Assembly (NCBI GenBank): GCA_963705165.1
Contig: CAVPJD010000004.1
Span: 1-48,330, forward strand
Reading direction: 5' to 3'
DNA from: an uncultured delta proteobacterium
GTDB taxonomy: Bacteria; Desulfobacterota; Syntrophia; Syntrophales; UBA2192
Length of the DNA stretch: 48,330 nucleotides
Shown: one piece after another, positions 1-8,526 of the stretch
How the letters are laid out: every line of letters begins with the position of its first letter
How positions within the stretch are numbered: the stretch's first letter is position 1
Notes under the pieces: generated by a model
The model's input: the letters and a program-made list of their open reading frames with translations, nothing else
Told to the model about the DNA's origin: nothing
Database searches by the model: none
Translations under genes and position numbers: made by a program

Positions 1-1284
1 ATCGGCGCCGAGACTGCCCTTGCCCAGATCATCCGCCTTGTCGAGGAGGCCCAGGGCTCCAAGGCGCCCATTCAGCGGATCGCCGACCGCGTGGCCGCCG
101 TCTTCGTGCCCGCCGTCATGGCCATCGCCGCGATCACCTTCATCGTCTGGGCTTTCTTCGTCCCGGACCCCGTCTTCACGCGGGCCCTGCTCAACTTCGT
201 CTCCGTCCTCATCATCGCCTGCCCCTGCGCCATGGGACTGGCGACACCGACGGCCGTCATGGTGGGAACGGGGATCGGCGCCGAGAAGGGGATTCTCATC
301 AAGGGGGGCGAGAGCCTGGAGAAGGCTCACCGGCTCACCATGATCGTCTTCGACAAAACGGGGACCCTCACCGTGGGCGAGCCCCGCGTGACCGACATCG
401 TCACGGCCCCCGGCATGACGAAGAGCCACGTGCTCCGGATCGCCGCCTCCGTGGAGGATTTGTCGGAGCATCCTCTTGCAAGGGCCATCGTCGAGAAGGC
501 GAGGGACGAGGGAATCCGTCCGGAGCCCGTCGAGGGTTTCGAGGCCCTCTCCGGTCTCGGTGCAAGGGCCGTCCTCAACGGCGCACCGCTTCTTCTCGGC
601 AATCAGAAACTGATCGAGCAGGAGCAATTGAGTTTCAACGGCCTTGCTGAAACGGGTATGCGGCTTTCCTCGGAGGCCAAGACCTGCGTCTACGTGGCCG
701 AGGGGGGAGCGGTGGCCGGCATCATCGCCCTGTCCGATGTCGCGAAAGACACGGCCGCTGAGACAGTGAAGGCCCTCAAAGAGATGGGTCTCAAGGTGGC
801 CATGATCACAGGAGACAACGAGGGCACCGCCCGGGCCATGGGCACTATCCTCGGCATCGACCGGGTGCTCGCCGAGGTCCTGCCCGGCGGGAAAGCCCGG
901 GAGATCAACCGTCTGATGGCCCAGGGCGAGATCGTGGCCATGGTGGGCGACGGGATCAACGACGCCCCGGCACTCTCGGCCGCCGACATCGGCATCGCCA
1001 TCGGAGCGGGGACCGACGTGGCCATCGAGGCCTCCGACATCACCCTCATCCGCGACGACCTGCGGGCCGTGCCCGAGGCTATCAAGCTTTCCTTCCGGAC
1101 CATGCAGACCATCCGGCAGAATCTCTTCTGGGCCTTTATCTACAACGTCATCGGGATCCCCATCGCCGCGGGCATCCTCTACCCTTTCTTCGGGGTCCTG
1201 CTCAACCCCGTCTACGCCGCCATCGCCATGGCGCTCAGTTCGGTGTCCGTCGTGACGAACTCGCTGCGGCTGCGATGGTCCTGA
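1..1284 (+). CDS. copA: Heavy-metal (Cu+-type) P1B ATPase, 5'-partial (frame is open from base 1)
   Basis: CPC TM motif, DKTGT phosphorylation site, SEHP, TGDN, GDGINDAP, plus YN and MALSS motifs typical of Cu+ P1B-1 ATPases. Confidence 0.9.
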   Translation: MGAETALAQIIRLVEEAQGSKAPIQRIADRVAAVFVPAVMAIAAITFIVWAFFVPDPVFTRALLNFVSVLIIACPCAMGLATPTAVMVGTGIGAEKGILIKGGESLEKAHRLTMIVFDKTGTLTVGEPRVTDIVTAPGMTKSHVLRIAASVEDLSEHPLARAIVEKARDEGIRPEPVEGFEALSGLGARAVLNGAPLLLGNQKLIEQEQLSFNGLAETGMRLSSEAKTCVYVAEGGAVAGIIALSDVAKDTAAETVKALKEMGLKVAMITGDNEGTARAMGTILGIDRVLAEVLPGGKAREINRLMAQGEIVAMVGDGINDAPALSAADIGIAIGAGTDVAIEASDITLIRDDLRAVPEAIKLSFRTMQTIRQNLFWAFIYNVIGIPIAAGILYPFFGVLLNPVYAAIAMALSSVSVVTNSLRLRWS

Positions 1285-1287
1285 AGG

Positions 1288-1375
1288 CAGTGGTCAGTGT
1301 TCAGTGGCCAGTGATCAGTGCAAAGAAGTGACGTGTAAGATGTGCTTGAGTGTTTGAGTGTCTGGGTGAAGAGAG
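1288..1375. repeat. Intergenic short tandem repeats (7-mer CAGTGNY x5, then an 8-mer TGAGTGTY-like array)
   Basis: cagtggt-cagtgtt-cagtggc-cagtgat-cagtg; gtgcttgagtgtttgagtgtctgggtg. Confidence 0.75.
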
Positions 1376-1417
1376 AGATTCAGGAATCCTGACTCGGGAT
1401 AAAAATGGGGATGGGGT

Positions 1418-1467
1418 AAAAAAAGTTCTCGCCCAATGCAGTTAAGGCGGGGACTGCACAGGGCGAG
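1418..1467 (-). terminator. Probable intrinsic terminator of the selenoprotein gene
   Basis: Interrupted stem CTCGCCC..TGCAGT / ACTGCA..GGGCGAG, followed by a T-run on the minus strand. Confidence 0.55.
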
Positions 1468-1500
1468 GAGGAAGGGGAGGGAAACTGTATGTCGATATCC

Positions 1501-2070
1501 TCACAACAGTCTGTAAGGATAAGCGCGTTTCGTCCACATACTCGTCGGATATTCGGCCTGGAGCCGCTCGTAAGCCATTTTGAGGGGTTTCGCGTCGTGC
1601 GTGTTCTTGTACTCGCTGACCCCCTTGAAATACAGCGCTTCTGCCGTTGAGTCGCTTCGTGGAAACTCCTTCACAATATTTTCAAAATACTTCAAGGCCT
1701 CGCCGATTCGTTCGGCATCGAAATGAACCTTTCCGATCCCGAGCATGAGCGAAGGGATCAACTCCTCCGGCGGCAGGAATCCGACCGTCCGGTGATGCTC
1801 CTTGCCCCCGCCGTTTATTGTAATGAGCGTCGGCGTCCACTTGACGTTGTAGTCATCCGCCATCGGTTTCGCGTCAAATGACAGTTTCAGCGGAATAACG
1901 TTTTTCCCGATAAAATCGACCACCTTTTCATCTGGATACGTCACGGCATCCATCTGTTGGCAGCCTATTCAAGCCGGGTTGTGAAAGAATAGCAGAACGG
2001 ACTTCCCCTCGGAGCCTGCTCGCTCCAGGGCTCTTTTCAAGTCTGTCTCCCACTGAATCTTTCCCGACAA
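1501..2070 (-). CDS. Thioredoxin-fold selenoprotein (UxxC) with C-terminal TPR-like helices, 189 aa with Sec at residue 34
   Basis: Reading through TGA at 1969-1971 extends the 150-aa ORF to MSGKIQWETDLKRALERAGSEGKSVLLFFHNPA-U-IGC-QQM. TTG start at 2068-2070 has a GGAG RBS. A cis-Pro-like WTPT motif lies downstream. Confidence 0.85.
1933..1952 (-). promoter_or_regulatory. Candidate bacterial SECIS hairpin
   Basis: UGGAUGC-CGUGAC-GUAUCCA stem-loop starting 16 nt after the in-frame UGA, with G in the loop. Confidence 0.6.
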
Positions 2071-2129
2071 AGGAATCTCCTTTGACTCATCAACGTTAAA
2101 GAACAGGGACAGTTTCCATACAAAGACTA

Positions 2130-2145
2130 AGCAAGCGTTCTGCCA
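2130..2145 (-). promoter_or_regulatory. Sigma54 (-24/-12) promoter for the selenoprotein gene
   Basis: Minus strand TGGCAG-AACGC-TTGCT versus consensus TGGCAC-N5-TTGC, about 60 nt upstream of the start; AT-rich tract at about 2183-2205. Confidence 0.65.
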
Positions 2146-2367
2146 GGGATGAGATTCATCCCTTTTTCGTCCAAACCCATCGATTATAAAGAATAATATT
2201 TAATCATGCCCGGCAGGCCGAAGACAGGCGGCAGCGACAGAATGTCACCGCCCGGCTGCAATGAGCCCCTCGGCATCAAGAGGTCATCCCCCGGAAGTTC
2301 CGAAAACAGGACCTTCCCGGGGAGCGACCCTTTTGTCATCCGTTTACGACATTAATGTCATGTTTTT

Positions 2368-3033
2368 CTACGACTGGGCGGGGGCGATGCAATCCAGCGC
2401 GTCGTGGCCGGCGCTGTTCACGATGGGGGTTACGTCGAAGGCATCCATTTCTTCGGCCGGATAGGGCGCCAGCAGGGCTTGGAGCCTCTCGCGACTGCCT
2501 TCTCCGGGATCGAGCCAGCGATCCTCGACACCCTCGGGCAGGATTACGGGCATACGGTCGTGGATGGGCCGCACGATCTCGTTTGCCTCGGTCGTAATGA
2601 TCGTGCAGGTGCGGATCTCTCTTCCGCCAGGGTCCTTCCAGCTTTCGTAGAGGCCAGCGAAACCAAACGCTTTTTTAGATTTCAGAAAAATATAGACGGG
2701 CACCTTGCGCTTTCCCGCCGGGCGCCACTCGTAAAACCCGTCTGCCACAACGAGACAGCGGCGCTTCGCAAAGGCGCTGCGGAAGCTGGGTTTTTCGGCC
2801 ACCGTCTCGGCGCGGGCGTTGATGAGACGGTTGCTGATGGCGGGATCCTTCGCCCAGAACGGGATGAGGCCCCACCGGAGGGGCTCGATGCGGTTTTCCC
2901 CGTCACGGACGACGCAGAGGACTTCCTGGCCCGGCGCGATGTTGTAACGGGGACGAAGATCCGGGGGCGCCTTGGCGTGAAACCGCTCGGTGACGGCGAC
3001 AAAGGGACTCACGAGGGTAAACCGTCCGCACAT
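2368..3033 (-). CDS. SOS response-associated peptidase (SRAP/YedK/HMCES family) abasic-site protein
   Basis: N-terminal MCGRF, RYNIAP, WGLIPFW, INARAET, FYEW and IHDRMPVIL motifs. Confidence 0.93.
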   Translation of the reverse strand: MCGRFTLVSPFVAVTERFHAKAPPDLRPRYNIAPGQEVLCVVRDGENRIEPLRWGLIPFWAKDPAISNRLINARAETVAEKPSFRSAFAKRRCLVVADGFYEWRPAGKRKVPVYIFLKSKKAFGFAGLYESWKDPGGREIRTCTIITTEANEIVRPIHDRMPVILPEGVEDRWLDPGEGSRERLQALLAPYPAEEMDAFDVTPIVNSAGHDALDCIAPAQS

Positions 3034-3102
3034 CTTTCCACCCCTAAACCAGTTAGATGCTGCAGCTTATTCGTTGATTGCCACGCAAAGCGATATGAAT
3101 GT

Positions 3103-3199
3103 GAAGTCAGGAAGTGAGGAAGAGCGGAAGTTCGGAAAAAATTAGAATCCGGTCCGCTCTTCTGCTCTTCCGCTCCTCCGATCTTCGCAGCCTTGATAC
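3103..3199. repeat. Dispersed inverted-repeat element built from GAAGNNNG 8-mers, copy 1
   Basis: gaagtcag-gaagtgag-gaagagcg-gaagttcg ... ccgctcttc-tgctcttc-cgctcctc-cgatcttc; related copies at about 7256 and 33126. Confidence 0.7.
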
Positions 3200-3236
3200 T
3201 GGGAGATGAACTCAAGCACCCCCGGTCACCAGACTC

Positions 3237-3665
3237 TCATTCGTCCATCAGGTAGATCATCCGATACTCATGATACATGCACCGGTCCTGAACGAATACG
3301 ATTTCATTCTCCTCTGCGAGTTTCCGGGCCTCCTCGTTGCGGATCCCCTGCTGGAGCCAGACAACGGAGATATCGCCTCGTTCTTTTTTTCGCGCCACGG
3401 CCTCCTTGACGGGTTCCAGTGCATCCTCGGAGCGACGGAAAACCAGGACGACATCGATCCGCTTCGGGACCGACTTCAGGTCGGGGTAGCTCTTGCGCTT
3501 CAGGATCACTTCTCCGGTAGGGTTCACGGGGATGATGTCGTAACCCTTTTTGGCCAAGTACTGGGGTACCCAGTAGGCCGTCTTGCCCGGATCTTTCGAC
3601 ATCCCGTAGACGGCGATGTTTCGGTACCTTTCAATAATGTTCCGAATCGTCACGCCGGTGGTCAT
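3237..3665 (-). CDS. CoA-binding domain protein (YccU-like)
   Basis: IAVYGMS, IIPVNP, IDVVLVFR, VWLQQGI and VQDRC motifs. Confidence 0.88.
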   Translation of the reverse strand: MTTGVTIRNIIERYRNIAVYGMSKDPGKTAYWVPQYLAKKGYDIIPVNPTGEVILKRKSYPDLKSVPKRIDVVLVFRRSEDALEPVKEAVARKKERGDISVVWLQQGIRNEEARKLAEENEIVFVQDRCMYHEYRMIYLMDE

Positions 3666-3776
3666 CGATCACCTCCTGCCAGGTTGCACATTGACCCTAC
3701 CACAACCCGAAGGACCGGAAAAGCAATCCCTCTTCTTTCATCACGATTCCTGACGCCCGGAGCCTGATGCCTGCGT

Positions 3777-5144
3777 CTAGTCCACCCTCACGTGCTTCCA
3801 CCGCCCGCCGCGGAACCGAAGGGCCATGAGAAAGGCGTAGCACATCATGGATACGACCATTGAGACCCAGACACCGGTGGGTCCGTAGTCCAGGGTGATT
3901 GCCAGGAGATACGCAAGCGGCAGCCGCACCCCCCACATGCAGGCCACGATGATCCACATCGTGGCCCTCGTGTCGCCTGCACCGGTAATTGCCCCGGAGA
4001 GGATGGTCCCCAGGGCAAGGAAGGGTTCCGACACCATGTTGATCCGCAGGTAGTTGGCCGTCTCGGCGAGAACCTCCGGTGTCCGGGCCAGGATCGACGC
4101 AAAGGCCTCGGCCCAGATAAAGACGGGGACGGCAAGCCCGCCGAGCAGGACCATGCCCGCCCCTGCCGTCTTCCAGCCCAGCTTTTCGGCCCGCCCGGGG
4201 TCGCCTGCGCCCAGGTTCTGCCCGGCAAGGACCGAGGCGGCCATGTTGAGGGCAAAGGCGGGCAGGAAGATGATCGCCTCGATCCTGAGGCCGTTGGTCA
4301 GGGCGGCGAGTGCCGTAATGGTTCCCTCGCCAAGGCGCGACAGGATATTGTAGAGCACGATGCTCCCGGCCTGCCAGGCTACTTGCAGGAAAACCGACGG
4401 CCAGCCGATGTCAATGATCCGACCGATGGTGGGGAAGCTGACGCTCCACGGCTCGGTAAAGACTCCCCTCCAGCGCTTCGTGGCCAGCAGGGCCACGCTG
4501 ATGATCATCCCTGCCGTGAAGGACGAGGCCGTGGACACCGCGATGCCCCGGTACCCCATCTCCGGGAAGGGCGGAATCCCGAAGACGAGTGCGAAGTCGC
4601 CCGCGATGTTGACCAGGGCCACGAAGAACATGGTGAGCAGGGGCTTCTTCACGTCGCCTGCCGCGCGGAAGACGGCATTGACGATGATGAGAAGGTAGTT
4701 CGGCCCGAGGGCGAAGGCGAAGATGCGCAGGAAATCCTCCGCCACGACGCGGATCTCCCCGGGCATGCCGGCCAGGGCCACGATCTCGCGGCAGTAGAGT
4801 ATCGTGGCGGCGGTGATGAAGACGGCCACGGCAACCCCGAAAATAAGCGATTGCCGGGCGATCTCGACGGCGCGACCGGCATTCGAGGCTCCGACGGCAC
4901 GCGACACCATGGCAATCGTACCGATACCGATGGCGTTTGCGACAATGATGACGATGAAGAAGAGCTGGGAGACAAACCCGATGGCCGCCTGGATGTCCGG
5001 GCCGATGAACCCTGCCACGTAAAGATCCGCCAGGCCCACGAAGAAATTGAAGACCATGATGAAAAAGGTGGGCCAGGACAGATGCCAGATGTTTTTCCAG
5101 AGGCTGCCCTGCGTCAGCTCCGATGGACGATGCTCGCCGATGAT
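3777..5144 (-). CDS. MATE family efflux transporter (start uncertain; first in-frame ATG is at 5057)
   Basis: About 12 TM segments, GDVKKP / GDTRAT repeats and GQNLGA. MATE-like N-terminus ELTQGSLWKNIWHLSWP lies in frame upstream of the ATG. Confidence 0.85.
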   Translation of the reverse strand: MIGEHRPSELTQGSLWKNIWHLSWPTFFIMVFNFFVGLADLYVAGFIGPDIQAAIGFVSQLFFIVIIVANAIGIGTIAMVSRAVGASNAGRAVEIARQSLIFGVAVAVFITAATILYCREIVALAGMPGEIRVVAEDFLRIFAFALGPNYLLIIVNAVFRAAGDVKKPLLTMFFVALVNIAGDFALVFGIPPFPEMGYRGIAVSTASSFTAGMIISVALLATKRWRGVFTEPWSVSFPTIGRIIDIGWPSVFLQVAWQAGSIVLYNILSRLGEGTITALAALTNGLRIEAIIFLPAFALNMAASVLAGQNLGAGDPGRAEKLGWKTAGAGMVLLGGLAVPVFIWAEAFASILARTPEVLAETANYLRINMVSEPFLALGTILSGAITGAGDTRATMWIIVACMWGVRLPLAYLLAITLDYGPTGVWVSMVVSMMCYAFLMALRFRGGRWKHVRVD

Positions 5145-5229
5145 TGGTCACTCCCATGAAGTTGTTCGCCCGGACCCGTCATGATCCGGATATCAGATTA
5201 ACATAACCCTGTAGCCCACGTCATTCAAC

Positions 5230-5284
5230 GGAAAATCCCCCTCCTTCCCCCTTTACAAAAGGGGGATGCAAGGGGGATTTTTCC
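5230..5284. repeat. REP-like long palindrome
   Basis: GGAAAATCCCCCT..CCCCCTTT-A-CAAAAGGGGG..AGGGGGATTTTTCC, followed by 7-mer CCTCGNN repeats (5291-5320). Confidence 0.6.
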
Positions 5285-5319
5285 TTCTTTCCTCGTGCCT
5301 CGATCCTCGAACCTCGATC

Positions 5320-6456
5320 CTAATAGCGGAACAATGCCGTCACCGGTTCGCCATCGGGCATGGCGTCCCGGCCGATGGCGTAGACCTTCCCTCCTCCGCC
5401 CAGGGTCTGGATGGCGGCGAAATCGATCAGGTCTTCATCGCCCGTTTTGGCGCCCGCGTGCAGGACGACCTTATCGGTCTGCGGGTTGAACGTGCCCCAT
5501 TTTTCCTGGCCCACCTCTACGAAGAGATACCCGATGCGACCGTGATGGGCGGCCGGAACGATCTCCTCGAGATTGTTCGAGGCGAGTCCCGTCCCGATGG
5601 ATTGCCGGTAACGGACCCTGGCCTCCTCCTGCTCTTTGCGGAACCAGGGCTCGGCAACGGGCCAGGCCAGGGCCTGGAGATCTTCGGCGCTCATCTGGTC
5701 CGGGTTTCCGTTGATGGCGGTCTCGAGCAGGTACGGGTAGGCGTTGGCCTCCCGATACATGGCGAATATGTAATCGACACCGGCAAAAACCAGGGGTGCC
5801 CGCTCCTCTTTGAGGTATGGTTTGAGGCCTTTCTCGACCTGCTGCAGGTAGCGCAGAATATTTTCCTTGCCGTAATCGGTCCAGGAGCTGGACCCTTTCT
5901 GCCCCGTTGCGCCCGCCACGCCAGGCCGGATCCGAAGCTGCTTTTCGTAGACGTCGTACTTGAGGACCTCGTCGATGTTGCGGGGAACGCCCTCGGGCCG
6001 GGTCTCCTTCACACTGTAGCGCGAGCAATCCAGCAGACGAATGTCTTTCTGGCTCAGTGCGAGCACATAGAACCGGCCCTCCGTGTTGAACAGGGGCAGC
6101 AGGGGCTTTACATGGAACCGCTCGGCCAGGACGACGGACGGCTGGAAGTCCACGGGAAGCTGGTAGTGCCGGAAGAAATCGGGGCAGAGGAAAATGGCCA
6201 GGCCGCTCGACTGTTGGCGCCAGAAGGGATTGTTTTTCACAAGGGCCTGGGCAGGCTCGAGCAGCGTTTCCACTTCGGCCGCCCTGCGGCCGCCGGTCAC
6301 GAGCCGGTCTTCCGCTTCCTTGAGGAGATTCTTGAGCCGGATGGCGTTCTGCTGGACCTCCGCTCCGGCTTTGTGCGTGGGCATGTAGATGCTCAGGCAG
6401 GGCGCCTTCCCCTTCTCGATGAGAAGCCTCAGTTCGTCTTTGGAAAGCTCGTTCAT
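5320..6456 (-). CDS. Bacterial archaeo-eukaryotic release factor-like protein (baeRF3/baeRF7-type)
   Basis: CLSIYMPTH, IRLKNLL, FW..QSSGLAIF, FHVKPLLP and C-terminal ALFRY pattern. Confidence 0.75.
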   Translation of the reverse strand: MNELSKDELRLLIEKGKAPCLSIYMPTHKAGAEVQQNAIRLKNLLKEAEDRLVTGGRRAAEVETLLEPAQALVKNNPFWRQQSSGLAIFLCPDFFRHYQLPVDFQPSVVLAERFHVKPLLPLFNTEGRFYVLALSQKDIRLLDCSRYSVKETRPEGVPRNIDEVLKYDVYEKQLRIRPGVAGATGQKGSSSWTDYGKENILRYLQQVEKGLKPYLKEERAPLVFAGVDYIFAMYREANAYPYLLETAINGNPDQMSAEDLQALAWPVAEPWFRKEQEEARVRYRQSIGTGLASNNLEEIVPAAHHGRIGYLFVEVGQEKWGTFNPQTDKVVLHAGAKTGDEDLIDFAAIQTLGGGGKVYAIGRDAMPDGEPVTALFRY

Positions 6457-6497
6457 AAACCCTCCATCAACCCATGGTTTGGATGTCCGCCGCCAGC

Positions 6498-7196
6498 CTA
6501 TCCGCTCGGGGCTTCTCGCCCCGCCCGGACGGCAAGGGCGGCATCGGTGCGGTCCGTGATGATCCCTTCAATGCGGTCATCCTCCAGAAGCCGTTTCATC
6601 TGTTCCGTGTCGTTCACGGTCCAGACTGCGATTTTCTTTCCTGACTGGCTCATGCGTTCCAGCAACTCGCCTTCGGCCAGGTTCCGGGCCGGGATCAGCC
6701 AATCCGTATCCCCTTCCAGGATGGCCGTCGTGAGGGCCCCGGCATCCTTGAAGACCAACCCGGTTCTCACCCCGGAGCGGCACTGCTTGACCCTTGCAAG
6801 GCAGCCCGCGTGGAAGGAGCTGATGATGAAATCCCCCTCGGCCAGGGTTTGGCCGACGAGCCGGATGATTTCCCCCTCATAACCTTCCTCTTTCAACTCG
6901 ATGTCGAGACCGATCTTTCCTCGCGTCAGGGCGATCACCTCTTCAAGCTCGGGGACATGAAAACCCAGGGTCCGGGCGGTCTCCCGGACCTCGGGGCAGG
7001 TCAGCTCGTTCAAGGATTTGCCTGCGATGTGCGCGTCGTGGTGGATGACGTAGCGTTTATCTTTCGTTCGTCTCACGTCGAACTCGATCATGTCCGCACG
7101 CAGATCGATCGCTTTCTGGAAGGCCTCCAGGGTGTTCTCCCGCGCCATGGAAGAGGCGCCCCGGTGAGCGATGATGAGCTTGTTCCTGCCGTGCAA
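6498..7196 (-). CDS. Glycerophosphodiester phosphodiesterase
   Basis: IAHRG, ENT, IEFDV, IELK, WTVN and IITD motifs. Confidence 0.92.
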   Translation of the reverse strand: MHGRNKLIIAHRGASSMARENTLEAFQKAIDLRADMIEFDVRRTKDKRYVIHHDAHIAGKSLNELTCPEVRETARTLGFHVPELEEVIALTRGKIGLDIELKEEGYEGEIIRLVGQTLAEGDFIISSFHAGCLARVKQCRSGVRTGLVFKDAGALTTAILEGDTDWLIPARNLAEGELLERMSQSGKKIAVWTVNDTEQMKRLLEDDRIEGIITDRTDAALAVRAGREAPSG

Positions 7197-7255
7197 TGTG
7201 AAAGCCTTTCCCCGGGTCCGTCAACATCCCCGGAGGTGAGGCACTATTAACACGT

Positions 7256-7338
7256 GAAGTTAGGAAGCGCGGAGTCGATATCAATTCTCTTTGTCCTGAT
7301 CCGCTCCTCCTCTCTTCCTATCTTTCGCTCTTCGCCGA
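7256..7338. repeat. Degenerate copy 2 of the GAAGNNNG inverted-repeat element
   Basis: gaagttag-gaagcgcg ... ccgctcctc-ctctcttc-ctatcttt-cgctcttc. Confidence 0.5.
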
Positions 7339-7404
7339 CTCGAAGCCATATGATGGTCATATAGCATCGAACGAGCAATGCCTCGCAGGATATACAGCCG
7401 GCAC

Positions 7405-7749
7405 CTAGCCTCGGATCATGACGAGCATCATCTTGAACGGCCCCATCGCCTTGAGGGCGTGAGGCTCGTTGGCCGGCATGATGATCATCTCTCCTTTTTT
7501 CAGGACATGCGCATTGCCGGATATGATGACCTCCGCCGCCCCATCGAGCAGGCACACAAGGGCATCAAAGGGCGCCGTGTGCTCGCTCAACCCCTGCCCC
7601 TCATCGAAGGCAAACAGGGTGACCGTGCCGGTCTTCTTTTGGATGACGGCACGGCTCACGACAGAACCGGTCTGGTATTCGACCAGCCGGGCCATGTCGA
7701 GCACCTTTGCGGTGAGAGGTTCTTTCTTCTCCTGGATCGTGGTGACCAT
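7405..7749 (-). CDS. Cupin domain protein
   Basis: YQTGSVVSR, TLFAFDEGQGLSEHTAPFDA and MPANEPHAL. Start moved to ATG 7747-7749, which has an AAGGAG RBS. Confidence 0.88.
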   Translation of the reverse strand: MVTTIQEKKEPLTAKVLDMARLVEYQTGSVVSRAVIQKKTGTVTLFAFDEGQGLSEHTAPFDALVCLLDGAAEVIISGNAHVLKKGEMIIMPANEPHALKAMGPFKMMLVMIRG

Positions 7750-7885
7750 GATGAACGCTCCTTTCGGTGAGACAATCCCATCAAGGGACTGGGGAGAGAA
7801 AGGTTGGGGAGCGGCTGGATCTGGGTGTGTCCGGATGTTTAAAAATAACAGACCTCTGCAGGGATTGTCAAGCTTGAGGGACCTT

Positions 7886-8416
7886 TCACGCCGGCATCTC
7901 CCGAAAGGAAATGCGTGCAGTGGGTGGGAATGCCCCGAGAGACCGGAGGCAGACCATGAACTTCCGGAACGTAAACGGCTTTTCCAGGTAACCGTCTGCT
8001 TCGGGGGACCACTGCCGGTGCGCAACGACCCGACCGGCCGCCACCAGGATGATCACCATCATCTCCCCCAGGGAGGGAAGATTGAGCACGCTTCTCAGGA
8101 TGGAATGGCCGGCCATGCCCGAAAGATCTTCATCCAGGAGCGCGAGGACGGGGGGCGAACGATGCTCCGGTTCACATGGCAAGCCCCGGCGTCGAAGAAA
8201 ATCCAGGGCCTCGCAACCGCTTCTCACGACGTGAATCTCATTGACCGGCAGGTTTCGTCTCAGGACCCCCACCGTCGCCTCGGCACGCGCCTGCTCGAAA
8301 TCGCCGAAGAGGATCTCGGCTACCCCGCCAGGGAGGCATTCCACCCTCCCGATGGCCTGTGACAAACGCCAGCGGCGATCGATGTCGCCTTCGATCAAGA
8401 GGATGTTCCCGGCCAT
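7886..8416 (-). CDS. Atypical single-domain response-regulator receiver (Rcp1-like)
   Basis: NEIHVVRSGCEALDFL, LALLD (phospho-Asp position) and ADGYLEKPF; N-terminal acidic pocket is degenerate. Confidence 0.55.
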   Translation of the reverse strand: MAGNILLIEGDIDRRWRLSQAIGRVECLPGGVAEILFGDFEQARAEATVGVLRRNLPVNEIHVVRSGCEALDFLRRRGLPCEPEHRSPPVLALLDEDLSGMAGHSILRSVLNLPSLGEMMVIILVAAGRVVAHRQWSPEADGYLEKPFTFRKFMVCLRSLGAFPPTARISFREMPA

Positions 8417-8526
8417 CGGCTGTATCCTTCGAGAGGAAGTTACTCGGATGAGCCCCGGAATGGGTGAGGGGGTGCTTTTCCATTCCCCTGGACCCTATAC
8501 CCTATACCCTGTACCCGGCCCCTTCT

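Noticed and set aside
2145..2167. Plus-strand terminator implying a hidden plus-strand gene or sRNA
   Set aside because: No plus-strand ORF or clear promoter upstream; the hairpin overlaps the sigma54 site and may be regulatory instead
5148..5150. TGA upstream of the MATE frame as a second selenocysteine codon
   Set aside because: No Cys-type motif context, no convincing SECIS and no in-frame start upstream
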